Shown here one piece after another: positions 28,924 through 38,993 of a stretch of DNA of 64,000 bases. Origin of the DNA: an uncultured euryarchaeote (GTDB lineage Archaea; Thermoplasmatota; Poseidoniia; Poseidoniales; Poseidoniaceae); NCBI GenBank assembly GCA_937899865.1, contig CALBRH010000054.1, forward strand, positions 1-64,000. Reading direction: 5' to 3'. The position numbers and the translations under genes are program-made. The notes under the pieces are model-generated. The model searched no databases and was not told the DNA's origin. It was given only the letters and a program-made list of their open reading frames with translations. Each line of letters starts with the position of its first letter. The first letter of the stretch is position 1.

Positions 28924-29712
28924 ATGAACAAGCCACTGGCCAGTATCGAAGATGCTTGGCAGTTATTAGAAAATCATTGGAAAATTGAGCCGCATAATGG
29001 CGGCATTTCTTATACACCAGGATACTCAATAATACGGTTTATTTTCTCCCCTATAATCAGGAGTTGGGCGAGGATTAGGGCTACTGGTTCCGAAAATATA
29101 CCTGGAAAGGGTGCAACTATCTTTGCTGCAAATCATCTTTCACATGTAGATCCGATTTTAGTTATCGCTTCTTCTAGAAGAAAGGTTCATTATCTAGCAA
29201 AAGATGGTCACTTTAAGAATTTCTTTTTACGACTTATCATGAATCTAACTGGTCAAATTGAAACACATCGTGAAGCTGGTGGAGAAGAAGCATTAGCTAG
29301 TGCAGCAGATGTATTAGCTGACAATTCAGCATTAGGGATTTTTCCTGAAGGAACAAGATCTAAGAAAACTGAACACCCATTTTTATTACCAGGTAAAACA
29401 GGCATTGCTAGACTTGCTGCTTCATTCCCAAATGCCATAGTAATCCCAATTGCCTTAATTGGCACTAGAGAAATGATGGCTCCACAAAAGGATAAATTGC
29501 CAAAGTTGTGGCGTCCAGTTAAGGTAAATTTTGGACAAAGAATTACTTGGTATGAATGGCTTCAGGACCCTAATGGAGGGGCAATGACTTCCGATATTTT
29601 AGAGCAAATTTCTAAGCAAGAAAAGCATGAAATAAAATCTACTATATCAAGCCTATATAGAAAATTCACTGACCAACTAATGCAGAGTATCAGTTCTTTG
29701 GGAGCACCTTAA
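28924..29712 (+). CDS. plsC: 1-acyl-sn-glycerol-3-phosphate acyltransferase (PlsC/LPLAT family)
   Basis: NHLSHVD (HX4D), YLAK, FPEGTRS, KTG. Confidence 0.9.
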   Translation: MNKPLASIEDAWQLLENHWKIEPHNGGISYTPGYSIIRFIFSPIIRSWARIRATGSENIPGKGATIFAANHLSHVDPILVIASSRRKVHYLAKDGHFKNFFLRLIMNLTGQIETHREAGGEEALASAADVLADNSALGIFPEGTRSKKTEHPFLLPGKTGIARLAASFPNAIVIPIALIGTREMMAPQKDKLPKLWRPVKVNFGQRITWYEWLQDPNGGAMTSDILEQISKQEKHEIKSTISSLYRKFTDQLMQSISSLGAP

Positions 29713-29769
29713 CATTCTCTTGTTCAAAATTATCAAATGCTGGCTACCATTGGTAGGTTTGGTGATGGT

Positions 29770-30564
29770 GTGGAACAATATCTAAGTCTAATTCGCAGAA
29801 TCCTAAATGAGGGTGAACAGAAAGGCGATAGAACAGGCACTGGGACGCTATCAGTATTTGGACATCAAATGAGATTTGATTTATCTAAAGGATTTCCCAT
29901 GGTCACTACAAAAAAATTACATTTGAAATCTATAGTTTACGAATTGCTTTGGTTCCTCAAAGGAGATACCAATGTCAAATATCTGCAAGAAAATGGTGTC
30001 AGAATATGGAACGAATGGGCTGATGAGAATGGTGACCTTGGACCAGTTTATGGTAAGCAGTGGCGTAAATGGGAAGCAAAAGATGGCCGTATTATCGACC
30101 AAGTTGAAGATGCTATTGAGATGATTAAGAAAAATCCAAACAGTCGAAGAATCATTGTCTCTGCTTGGAATGTTGGTGAATTAGATGAAATGGCACTCAT
30201 GCCATGTCATGCCTTTTTCCAATTTCATGTAGCAAATGGAAAACTGAATTGCCAATTGTATCAAAGAAGTGCTGATGTATTTCTTGGAGTGCCATTTAAT
30301 ATTGCATCATATGCATTGCTTACTCATATGATGGCGCAAGTTTGTAATTTACAACCGGGAGTCTTTGTTCACACAATTGGTGATGCACACCTTTACAATA
30401 ATCATTTAGATCAAGCAAAACTACAAATTACTCGAGAACCAATGGCTTTACCTAAATTGAAATTAAATCCTGAAATTACCGATATAGACAATTTTGACTT
30501 TGATGATATAGAAGTTCTAGATTATCAACATCATCCTCATATTTCAGCACCAATTGCAGTTTGA
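29770..30564 (+). CDS. thyA: Thymidylate synthase, bacterial ThyA type
   Basis: [43 protein letters not shown]; GTG start after GGTGA RBS. Confidence 0.97.
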   Translation: MEQYLSLIRRILNEGEQKGDRTGTGTLSVFGHQMRFDLSKGFPMVTTKKLHLKSIVYELLWFLKGDTNVKYLQENGVRIWNEWADENGDLGPVYGKQWRKWEAKDGRIIDQVEDAIEMIKKNPNSRRIIVSAWNVGELDEMALMPCHAFFQFHVANGKLNCQLYQRSADVFLGVPFNIASYALLTHMMAQVCNLQPGVFVHTIGDAHLYNNHLDQAKLQITREPMALPKLKLNPEITDIDNFDFDDIEVLDYQHHPHISAPIAV

Positions 30565-30573
30565 GTTGGTAAA

Positions 30574-31047
30574 ATGTTAACAATGATTTTTGCTTGTGAT
30601 TTACAAAATGCCATTGGTAAAGATGGTGATTTGCCTTGGCGACAATCTACAGATTTACAGCACTTCAAAAAAATCACCCTTGGAGGAACTATTGTAATGG
30701 GTAGAAAAACTTGGGAAAGTCTGCCTGGAAAATTACCTGAGCGTAGACACTTAGTGATGACTCGAGGACATCGTGATGATATAGAAACCACAACATTTGA
30801 AGAAGTGATTAAGTTGTCAATGGAGCAAAATGTATTCATTATTGGTGGTGGAGAGATATATTCTTTATTCTTACCTCATATCGAGAAAATTTATCGAACA
30901 ATAATTCATTGTAATGTCGAGCAACCAGATACATTTGCTCCAGAAATTGATGAAGATCTCTTTTCAGTTTCAGAAACAAAATTTGTCGAAAAATCTGATA
31001 AAGATCAATATGATATGACATTTGAAATATTGGTTAAAGGAAGCTGA
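30574..31047 (+). CDS. folA: Dihydrofolate reductase
   Basis: IGKDGDLPW, DLQHFK, MGRKTWESL, IIGGGEIY. Confidence 0.95.
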   Translation: MLTMIFACDLQNAIGKDGDLPWRQSTDLQHFKKITLGGTIVMGRKTWESLPGKLPERRHLVMTRGHRDDIETTTFEEVIKLSMEQNVFIIGGGEIYSLFLPHIEKIYRTIIHCNVEQPDTFAPEIDEDLFSVSETKFVEKSDKDQYDMTFEILVKGS

Positions 31048-31048
31048 T

Positions 31049-31420
31049 TTAATCTTGATTTTGGTACTCAGTGACTCTTACTCCAAGCCTACCAGTTAAG
31101 GCTTTACGTTGCATTATTCGATGATACTTCTTTTCAAATGCTGCTTTCAAGTCAATTTTCATTGCTATTGAATGACCCATTAACAAAATCAATACATCAG
31201 CCATCTCTTCAGCACACTCTTCTAACGGCTTACCCTTGGTAATTGCAGCAGATAATTCACCCAATTCTTCAACCGTCAATGCAATTCGATAGCCCATGTC
31301 ATGGCCATTTTTGCCAGCGAAATCATGCTTGTGATGGAATTCCGCGACTTTTTTCATCATTGTTTCCCATTCATTTGTTGGAGAATATTCAACCCAGTCT
31401 ACAACATCTTTACCGTCCAT
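31049..31420 (-). CDS. MazG-like nucleotide pyrophosphohydrolase
   Basis: EELGEL...EEMADV (EExxE...ExxD). Confidence 0.85.
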   Translation of the reverse strand: MDGKDVVDWVEYSPTNEWETMMKKVAEFHHKHDFAGKNGHDMGYRIALTVEELGELSAAITKGKPLEECAEEMADVLILLMGHSIAMKIDLKAAFEKKYHRIMQRKALTGRLGVRVTEYQNQD

Positions 31421-31454
31421 GAATGAGGTATAACATGGAGCAGAATATAACTTA

Positions 31455-32255
31455 CTAATTTGCTAGGACAGAAAAAATACAATGCATAACCGGATTTAAC
31501 CTATCATTAGCTTGGGAGGAAACTGATTCATGAGATAGTTCTGCACTTGGGTCACCTGGTTCTCGACCAGCTGCCCAGTTTGAAGAAATACAGATTGCTG
31601 AATAAGGTATTTCCATTTCATTGGCTAACTTAACTTCTCTTGGCATTGTCATACCAACCATTTCTCCTCCCAATTTTTCAATAGCATCAACTTCTGCACG
31701 GGTTTCAAAATGCGGACCTTGAGCAAGCCAATATGTGTAGTACATTTTTTCGTCATGCGTTAAATTTTGAGTTGATCTTAATACAGATTCAAGTTTTTCA
31801 TTTAATTTCTTTGAGAATGGTTCAGTAACTGATGTAAATACTGCAAATGTGTCGTTAAAACTGGTTGCAATACCTGAAAAATCGATATATTGTCCTGCTA
31901 ATGCTACTTTTCCAGGTGGTAAATCTTTGGCAAGAGATCCAATTGAGCAAACAGAAATTATTACATCGCAACCGGAATTGATTAATGCGCTAATATTGGC
32001 TTTGTGATTTATCATGTGAGGAGGTTTGTTTGATTCTCCATTATTATGATGTCTTTGTAAAAATATCAACTCTTTTGGTTTGCCGCCATAGGTCATTGAA
32101 ATGCATTTTAGAGGAACTTCACCATACTTTGTCTCTACAGTTACTTCATCAGTTCTAGTAATTCCTAAATGATACTCTGATAGAGTATCTAAGTAATCAC
32201 TTCCTAAATCAATAGAGATAAGTCCAGTTCCACCAATAATGCCAATGCGTTCCAT
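31455..32255 (-). CDS. Methylthioadenosine/purine nucleoside phosphorylase family protein
   Basis: GIIGGTG, SIGSL, GPHFETRAE, VGMT, SNWAAG. Confidence 0.88.
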   Translation of the reverse strand: MERIGIIGGTGLISIDLGSDYLDTLSEYHLGITRTDEVTVETKYGEVPLKCISMTYGGKPKELIFLQRHHNNGESNKPPHMINHKANISALINSGCDVIISVCSIGSLAKDLPPGKVALAGQYIDFSGIATSFNDTFAVFTSVTEPFSKKLNEKLESVLRSTQNLTHDEKMYYTYWLAQGPHFETRAEVDAIEKLGGEMVGMTMPREVKLANEMEIPYSAICISSNWAAGREPGDPSAELSHESVSSQANDRLNPVMHCIFSVLAN

Positions 32256-32282
32256 AGAGCATCACCAAATGGTGGAAGGAAA

Positions 32283-33251
32283 TTATTCCTCTAGTCGAGA
32301 AATCAAGTCTGCTTTCTTACCGGATACTGGTTTCCCAGCAGCCTTTAGAAGTTCCTTTAACTCTGCAACAGTCATACTACTATAATCAACTGCTTCAGCC
32401 TCAGAAACCTCTTCTGCGGCTTCTGCTGCTGACTCTTCGACTGCAGGAGCATCTTCCTCAGCATCTTGCTTTTCTGATTCAGGCTCCATCGCTTCTGCTG
32501 CATCTAGAATGGAAGGAGAATCTTCTTCGGTATCTTCTTCCATTGCTGCTTCGAGAGCTGCTGCTTTCTTTGCTTTCAATTCTGCAGCAACACGCTTTTC
32601 TTCAGCATGAATCTCATCAAGTGTTGGTCCTTTCTCAGTGACTACACCTGATTGAAGAAGTTGACTCTTTCTAATTGCGACTGACTTGATTGGATAAATT
32701 GGCTTGACTGCTTTTCTAATATCCTCTTCTAATTCGCCACCTAAAATTGACTCTTGAAGTTTAGAATAAGTGTTCTTAGCTGCATAACCAAGTAGTAATT
32801 CTCTAGTCTTTGAGCGCATTACTTGTTTTACTGATGTTTGAACTCTCTTTTGAGTGATAATTAATGGCTTTAGCCTTACAAGATATCCATCAGTAGTCAC
32901 AACATCAACAACATCATCTATCTTACCGCGGTAACGACGAATTTGTCTTCGGGTATGATCTGTTTGATGGTGGTGGCCGATGAAGGTAGTCAAAGCATCT
33001 TGCCCGACACACTCATGCACTCTAAATCTCAAAATTACATGCATCTTGGTGAAATCGCCATTGAATTCCTGCAAAGTCATTTCATAAACTCTGCCAACAA
33101 TAGATTCGTCAGACTCTCCCAAAGTTTCTCCGATGTTCTTGAAGTCCCATGGATGTCGTGGCGCACGTATTGTGTACCATCGCTTCATCTTCCACTTGTC
33201 ACGCTGCTTACGTGCTAACGCACGCCCTTTTGCACTCACTTTCTTTGCCAT
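32283..33251 (-). CDS. rps3ae: 30S ribosomal protein eS1 (S3Ae) with acidic linker and C-terminal SAP-like domain
   Basis: DKWKMKRWYTIRAP, GRVYE, IYPIK; tail YSSMTVAELKELLKAAGKPVSGKKADLISRL. Confidence 0.93.
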   Translation of the reverse strand: MAKKVSAKGRALARKQRDKWKMKRWYTIRAPRHPWDFKNIGETLGESDESIVGRVYEMTLQEFNGDFTKMHVILRFRVHECVGQDALTTFIGHHHQTDHTRRQIRRYRGKIDDVVDVVTTDGYLVRLKPLIITQKRVQTSVKQVMRSKTRELLLGYAAKNTYSKLQESILGGELEEDIRKAVKPIYPIKSVAIRKSQLLQSGVVTEKGPTLDEIHAEEKRVAAELKAKKAAALEAAMEEDTEEDSPSILDAAEAMEPESEKQDAEEDAPAVEESAAEAAEEVSEAEAVDYSSMTVAELKELLKAAGKPVSGKKADLISRLEE

Positions 33252-33263
33252 CGATATCAACTC

Positions 33264-33309
33264 GGTTAGTCTTGCGGGGGCTACCCCACTTGCAAGTTGC
33301 CGACTAACC
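33264..33309 (-). promoter_or_regulatory. Structured GC-rich 5' leader of rps3ae
   Basis: Outer stem GGUUAGUC/GACUAACC enclosing GUGGGG-UAGC-CCCCGC; ends 12 nt before the ATG. Confidence 0.5.
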
Positions 33310-33398
33310 TCCCCTATTTGAAAGAGACTATTGTAAACCGCAACAAATTAACTGGCATAATCAACAAACCTCATCAACAACTAATCAATCCAATAATC

Positions 33399-33815
33399 AT
33401 GGCGATACACCATATCAACTGTCGTACTGCATCTAGTGGAATCGACAATTTGGCTACAATTGTTGATGCTATGACATGGTTGTGTGGTGATGAAGAATTA
33501 CTTTTAATTGATCGAACAACCTCTTTTCATGGTTCAGAAATCAATCTCATAACATCACATATTTCCAAAAATCGTGATATAAAATCATTTGTTGACAAAC
33601 TTAAGCAAGCTGACTTGTTGAAGATTTCTGAAAACCTTTCAGATAGAATTGATGACAGCAATATTCTTCATTTTAGAATTTGCCTCGATTCTTTGATAAG
33701 TGGAGAAATTAGCCTCGCAGAAGCAGACAAAAAAACTGTGAAATGTTCAATTAAAATTGAAGTATATCCAGGTCAAAATGCTGTTGAAGAAATAACTAAT
33801 TTTTTAGGATTGTAA
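33399..33815 (+). CDS. Archaeal predicted RNA-binding protein (COG1325-like)
   Basis: TTSFHGSEI and LSDRIDDSNILHFRI resemble the recalled family pattern; likely start MAIHH. Confidence 0.65.
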   Translation: MAIHHINCRTASSGIDNLATIVDAMTWLCGDEELLLIDRTTSFHGSEINLITSHISKNRDIKSFVDKLKQADLLKISENLSDRIDDSNILHFRICLDSLISGEISLAEADKKTVKCSIKIEVYPGQNAVEEITNFLGL

Positions 33816-33898
33816 TGAAAAAATAATTACTTTGAAATTTAAGGTAAATCACAAGAGGTTAAGTATTCTAAGTGTGTCGGCTGAATGAGGAGAAAATT

Positions 33899-34174
33899 AT
33901 GCCACACGTTGTAACATCCCCATGTGTTAACCACAAGTATCAGGAATGTGTTGCAGTATGCCCTGTTGACGCATTTAGAGAAGCAGAAACATATCTAGTA
34001 ATCGACCCAGACGAATGCATAGACTGTGGCGCATGCATACCAGAGTGTCCAGTCGATGCTATCTTCGCTGATACAGATGTACCTGATGAAGAAGAAGAAT
34101 GGATCGATAGAAATGCTGACGAATCAGTTGATGCTGAAGTTGCCGAAGGCGAGTCGCCCGTTCTAGCAGACTAA
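33899..34174 (+). CDS. fdxA: 7Fe ([3Fe-4S]+[4Fe-4S]) ferredoxin, bacterial FdxA type
   Basis: Cys at mature positions 8,16,20,39,42,45,49, matching Azotobacter FdI ligand spacing; acidic tail. Confidence 0.88.
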   Translation: MPHVVTSPCVNHKYQECVAVCPVDAFREAETYLVIDPDECIDCGACIPECPVDAIFADTDVPDEEEEWIDRNADESVDAEVAEGESPVLAD

Positions 34175-34191
34175 ACTTAGGATGTTTTTCT

Positions 34192-35184
34192 ATGACCCAG
34201 TTAGATTTTAATCAATTCCGTAGCGGTAGCGAGTTACTCAAAAGAGGGCTTGCAAGAATGCAACAAGGTGGCGTCATTATGGACGTAGTTAATCCTGAGC
34301 AAGCCGCAATAGCTGAAGATGCTGGAGCAGTTGCAGTAATGGCACTTGAAAGAGTTCCTGCAGATATTCGAAAGCAAGGTGGAGTCGCAAGAATGAGCCA
34401 CCCAGACATGATTCAAGGAATCCTTGATTGTACATCTATTCCAGTTATGGCTAAATCAAGAATCGGGCATGAAGGTGAATCAAGAGTGTTAGAGTCTATG
34501 GGCGTCGATATGATTGATGAATCAGAAGTACTAACTCCTGCAGACCCATTTTTCCACATTAACAAAAAAGATTTTGATATACCATTTGTATGTGGTGCAA
34601 CCGAATTATCAGAAGCGGTTCGTCGAATATATGAGGGTGCAGCGATGATTAGAACAAAAGGTGAAGCAGGTACTGGTAATGTAGTTGCAGCGGTCACACA
34701 TGCTAGACTAATTGACCAAGAGATCAAACAAATGCAAAATTTGGATGACGAAAAATTGTCATTAGCTGCTGATTCAATTATCTCACGTTACAGAGTCTTA
34801 GCAGACAAGTCATCGCTGCCAGGAACATATGACATGACCCCATTTGGGCCAATTGATGGTGACATGCACAACGAAATAGTAGAGATTCTATCAGAGGTTA
34901 AAGAATATCAAAGATTACCAGTAGTTACCTTTTCAGCAGGTGGCATAGCTACACCAGCAGATGCATCCTTGATGATGAGAATGGGAATGGATGGAATCTT
35001 CGTTGGTTCTGGTATTTTCAAATCTGAAGATCCTAAAACTATGGCTGATGCAATAGTTCTTGCAACACATCATTATGATGATGGCGCCAAGGTTGCTGAA
35101 GCAATGGCTATGACTGAAGGTAGCCCAATGAAAGGCGATGAATTAGAGACTCTAGAAATTCGCTTGGACCAGCGTGGTTGGTAA
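34192..35184 (+). CDS. pdxS: Pyridoxal 5'-phosphate synthase lyase subunit
   Basis: [39 protein letters not shown]. Confidence 0.97.
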   Translation: MTQLDFNQFRSGSELLKRGLARMQQGGVIMDVVNPEQAAIAEDAGAVAVMALERVPADIRKQGGVARMSHPDMIQGILDCTSIPVMAKSRIGHEGESRVLESMGVDMIDESEVLTPADPFFHINKKDFDIPFVCGATELSEAVRRIYEGAAMIRTKGEAGTGNVVAAVTHARLIDQEIKQMQNLDDEKLSLAADSIISRYRVLADKSSLPGTYDMTPFGPIDGDMHNEIVEILSEVKEYQRLPVVTFSAGGIATPADASLMMRMGMDGIFVGSGIFKSEDPKTMADAIVLATHHYDDGAKVAEAMAMTEGSPMKGDELETLEIRLDQRGW

Positions 35185-35203
35185 ATTAAACAATTTGTTT
35201 AAT
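35185..35203. terminator. AT-rich inverted repeat between convergent genes (candidate bidirectional terminator)
   Basis: ATTAAACAA-T-TTGTTTAAT immediately after the pdxS stop. Confidence 0.3.
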
Positions 35204-35226
35204 GACTCCAGACTTCATCAAACTAT

Positions 35227-36285
35227 TTATGATGATGAGACTTTTTGATCATTTAGTATTGTACCTTTGTCAATTGTTACATTATCACCAATTACACAAT
35301 TAAACAATTCACAACTATCGCTGATAGTTACATTTTCCCCAATAATTGATTCTATAATCTTACAGTTATCACCAATTTTCGAGCCACTCATAACTAAACT
35401 GTCAACAAGATTTGACTTTTTACCAACAATAGAATCTTCACATACCACTGTGGTCAAAATAGGTGATGCTGATGTTGAGTTTCCAATTATATAGCCCAAT
35501 TCTGGTGTCAACTCGCCATCGGGTAAATCAAATGGCAACATTTTGGAATTTTTGACTAGATGATTTTGAGCTTTAATCAATTCTTTTGGAGTGCCCACAT
35601 CAAACCAAACCCCATTTAATTTAATACCAAATAACGGATAACCAAGTTTCAATAAATGTGGAAATAACTCTTTACTAAAGTCGTACTTGGTATCTTTAGG
35701 AATATATTTCATTACTTCTGGTTCGATTATGTATAATCCTGCATTTATGACATTACTAAATGCTTCTTCTTGTTTTGGTTTTTCCAAAAATTTACTTATG
35801 TAACCTTGACTTAATGAGCCATCTACTTCTCCATTCTGAGTCTTTGACAAACCAACAATACCAAACTGGGTTGGATCTTCTACCTCCCATAGTGCCATTG
35901 TAACTTTAGCATTTGATGACTTGTGAGCATCAATTATTATTGAAAGGTCTGATGACAAAATTGCATCACCTGAAGCGACAATAAAGGTTTGAGTTAGTTT
36001 ATCCTCGAGTAATTTGACGCTACCTGCAGTACCCATTGGAGTACTTTCTTGATTTACTGAGCAAGTTGCTTGTAAATTCATATCCCAAGTATTGACAAGG
36101 TTTTGTAATCCCTGACCCTTGTACCCAGTGGTAACAATAATTTCATTGACATCGCTTTTGATTAGCGCATTTTTGACATAATCAATTACTGGCATCCCTA
36201 ATACATTTACTAATGGTTTAGGTTTGTTTTCAGTTAGAGGATATAGCCTTGTGCCTTTTCCACCAGCCATAATTATGCCAAGCAT
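35227..36285 (-). CDS. NDP-sugar synthase (sugar-phosphate nucleotidyltransferase with C-terminal beta-helix)
   Basis: MAGGKGTRLYPLT..KPKPL, MGTAG, FLEKP, INAGLY, WFDVGT. Confidence 0.9.
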   Translation of the reverse strand: MLGIIMAGGKGTRLYPLTENKPKPLVNVLGMPVIDYVKNALIKSDVNEIIVTTGYKGQGLQNLVNTWDMNLQATCSVNQESTPMGTAGSVKLLEDKLTQTFIVASGDAILSSDLSIIIDAHKSSNAKVTMALWEVEDPTQFGIVGLSKTQNGEVDGSLSQGYISKFLEKPKQEEAFSNVINAGLYIIEPEVMKYIPKDTKYDFSKELFPHLLKLGYPLFGIKLNGVWFDVGTPKELIKAQNHLVKNSKMLPFDLPDGELTPELGYIIGNSTSASPILTTVVCEDSIVGKKSNLVDSLVMSGSKIGDNCKIIESIIGENVTISDSCELFNCVIGDNVTIDKGTILNDQKVSSS

Positions 36286-36294
36286 AGGCACACC

Positions 36295-37299
36295 TTATCT
36301 TCGTCTTGTTGCGTTAATATCGATTCTTCGCATGTTCTTTTTCTTTTCAGATTTCTTTGACTTGCCTTTACTGACGAAATCTTCTCTACTTAAGCCACCA
36401 AATGTGATGCTGCCATTAGAAAGCAATGACTGTGCTAATTCATCTGCAACCTTCTCAGACTGTGCACCTGTTTGCATTTCTTGAGCGACTGCTGCATTGT
36501 GGTCGGTCAGCCAAGACTTTCTCTCTTCCCTTACTGATTTCAATTCATCTCTGGCCTTGTTAACATCAACCATCAATTCATCTATTTTGGCATGAACTTC
36601 ATTGGCTTTTTCCTTTAGTTCAACAAATTCTATATGGAATCTGTCGCCTTCCGACTTTAGGAAATCACGATGAGCAAATGCTTCATCTACTTCTGGAGTT
36701 TTAGCGTTGAGTCGCTCAACAGCTTGTATCATCTCATTATGGGCAGCATCTGCTTCAACCTTAAGAGTCTTAATAGCTGCGTCAATATCTGACATATCAA
36801 CCTCAACCATCTTGAATTTGGTTACTTCCGGTTCCAACTCTTCGATTCGCTTCGAAAATTCTTTGATTTTCTTAACCATTTCCTTTTCTTTATTTATACC
36901 AACTGAAGTTGTCTCAAATTTCTTCTCTAGTGAATCAACTTGTTGTTTCAAGTCAGCATATTCTGCAGTTGCAGAACGCTTGTTATTGTGATCTTTTCTC
37001 TTTCCCTTAATCTGAGAAATCAAATCTCTCATTTGGCTTTGAATTGTATTACGCTTTTCCTTGAAAGATTTAATCTCGGCTCGCATTGCTCTAACTTCAG
37101 TAACTAATAATTCGATTTTTACACGGTGCTCTTTGTATTGGCCTTGTACTGAATTTCTTTTCTCAGCAGAAACTTTTGCTTGAGCATTGAAATTGTTTCT
37201 TGTTTCACGCATCTTACGAACTTTAGTTTCCATTGCATGTAGTCTTTCACGTAAGTCTGCATCTGGCCTCTCATCGCCCTCATTCAGTCTACCGCGCAT
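36295..37299 (-). CDS. Archaeal coiled-coil protein (COG1340-like)
   Basis: Long heptad repeats with KRN/RD spacing and a central LEKKFETTSVGINKEKEMVKKIKE motif. Confidence 0.75.
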   Translation of the reverse strand: MRGRLNEGDERPDADLRERLHAMETKVRKMRETRNNFNAQAKVSAEKRNSVQGQYKEHRVKIELLVTEVRAMRAEIKSFKEKRNTIQSQMRDLISQIKGKRKDHNNKRSATAEYADLKQQVDSLEKKFETTSVGINKEKEMVKKIKEFSKRIEELEPEVTKFKMVEVDMSDIDAAIKTLKVEADAAHNEMIQAVERLNAKTPEVDEAFAHRDFLKSEGDRFHIEFVELKEKANEVHAKIDELMVDVNKARDELKSVREERKSWLTDHNAAVAQEMQTGAQSEKVADELAQSLLSNGSITFGGLSREDFVSKGKSKKSEKKKNMRRIDINATRRR

Positions 37300-37350
37300 G
37301 GTTAGTGGTATAGGTTTACCATTTCAAATTATGGCTTACCATAAAAAGCA

Positions 37351-38943
37351 TCAAACTATGATATATGTCAACAATGATGAAGAAATTATTGTTCCGACAA
37401 ATCCAATCACATTGAACACTGTAGATGATGCTGACCTTATCTTTTCTTTGAAAACCGACCTTATTCTTACATTCATCTGTGAACCAGTAAGAAGTTCACC
37501 GCTTACTTCCTCAAGCCTAACACTTACTGTAGCCTCGCCGAATCTTTCTGGCAGCAATGTTTGCCAAGCGACCGTGCCGTCTCTAAGCAAAGCAGACATT
37601 ATTGCAAGAATATCTTCATTCCCCGATTGTGAAAGTGGCACACCAGTATCAGGCCAAATCTTTTCTTCTCCAGGTTCAAGCAAGTATGTCAAAGCTAAGT
37701 CATGAGGCCTAAAATCAGGCGACTGTACTCTTAGAACAACGGTTCTTGACTCACTTGATAGGTTATGCATATAGGTGAATAAATTTGCTTTGCCATGTAC
37801 TACATTCTCCATATCTACCTCAAAAATTATGTCATCCTTAATTGATTTCCTACCCGAAGCCAAATCTTCCTCTATCCTACCAATCATACGGAAGAACGCA
37901 GGACATCGGTCTTGTAAGTGATCAATTATGACCAACCATTCTTCAATTGTAAATACTTCATGACTTTTGACATATTCAACTCCGGCTTTGGTAAAAATTT
38001 CACCAAATTCTGAATCGACTGATGATAAATCAAGACCTTGAGAGTGCTTGTATAGAGTCATCATCATTTTCTCTCTAGCAAATCTTGGATCAACTCCACG
38101 TTTTACATGAGACTCTAGTTCTCCGACAAAGTGTTCATACTCTGATTTCAACAATGGGTCTAACTGAGACTTAACCAAATCTGAGAATACCATGCCAAGA
38201 GTTGAAGGATGAATAGGAGAGTTATATGCATTTAACAAACCTGTCCTCTCAGCCATATTGAAAGTAGATGACCTGGTTGAAATATGCTGTCCTGTAGACA
38301 GGATTGTCAAAGAAAATGAAAGTGCTAAGAAATTTTTACCCATATCGGTTTGAATGCCATAAAATGCGATTGCTGAAAGAGATAAAATCGATAATAATGC
38401 GCACATTAGGGAAAAGAAATGTTTAGTAACAGACCGTTTTATTGATTCTTCTAAAGGCTCATAACCATGTAATGATTTAATCGAAAAGTGCTTCGATTGC
38501 GCTGATTTAACCTCTTTTTCAAATGTCCTAATTGTCAAATTCACCCTATGGCGATGCAAAGCTAGAGCAAGTATGTAACCAAGTAAAATTACGAAGGCAA
38601 GGGCAACTAGAATTGTTGAAAAACTCTGCCCCATAGTTGGTTCGATGAAATCTACCCACCAATTTGGCGACGAATTGGCGTAAGCCCAAGCACCGAAGAA
38701 TGCTAGAATTGCAAACCCAGGCAAGAATAACAGTAATCTAATTCCAAATGAGATTAATTGCCTATCAAAAGCATACAAAAAGGATTCATTATTCCATTTT
38801 GCTATTTGCTTTAATGATTTAGAACTAATATTCTTCACGGTTTCTGAGATTGTAGATTGATCTTCACTTTCTGTCTTTTCGTTTGAAGATTCTGATGATT
38901 TATCCTCTATTTCATCTAATTCATCAGGATTCGTATCAGTCAT
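37351..38943 (-). CDS. Multi-pass membrane protein, hypothetical
   Basis: Four N-terminal TM helices, a large soluble domain and a C-terminal TM. Confidence 0.7.
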   Translation of the reverse strand: MTDTNPDELDEIEDKSSESSNEKTESEDQSTISETVKNISSKSLKQIAKWNNESFLYAFDRQLISFGIRLLLFLPGFAILAFFGAWAYANSSPNWWVDFIEPTMGQSFSTILVALAFVILLGYILALALHRHRVNLTIRTFEKEVKSAQSKHFSIKSLHGYEPLEESIKRSVTKHFFSLMCALLSILSLSAIAFYGIQTDMGKNFLALSFSLTILSTGQHISTRSSTFNMAERTGLLNAYNSPIHPSTLGMVFSDLVKSQLDPLLKSEYEHFVGELESHVKRGVDPRFAREKMMMTLYKHSQGLDLSSVDSEFGEIFTKAGVEYVKSHEVFTIEEWLVIIDHLQDRCPAFFRMIGRIEEDLASGRKSIKDDIIFEVDMENVVHGKANLFTYMHNLSSESRTVVLRVQSPDFRPHDLALTYLLEPGEEKIWPDTGVPLSQSGNEDILAIMSALLRDGTVAWQTLLPERFGEATVSVRLEEVSGELLTGSQMNVRIRSVFKEKIRSASSTVFNVIGFVGTIISSSLLTYIIV

Positions 38944-38993
38944 ACTATGCCACCTTTAGTTAATTATGATTTTAATTTTAATGTTAACACTTT

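Noticed and set aside
34740-34880. Insertion in PdxS
   Set aside because: Longer PdxS forms of about 330 aa are, as I recall, common in archaea; not distinctive.
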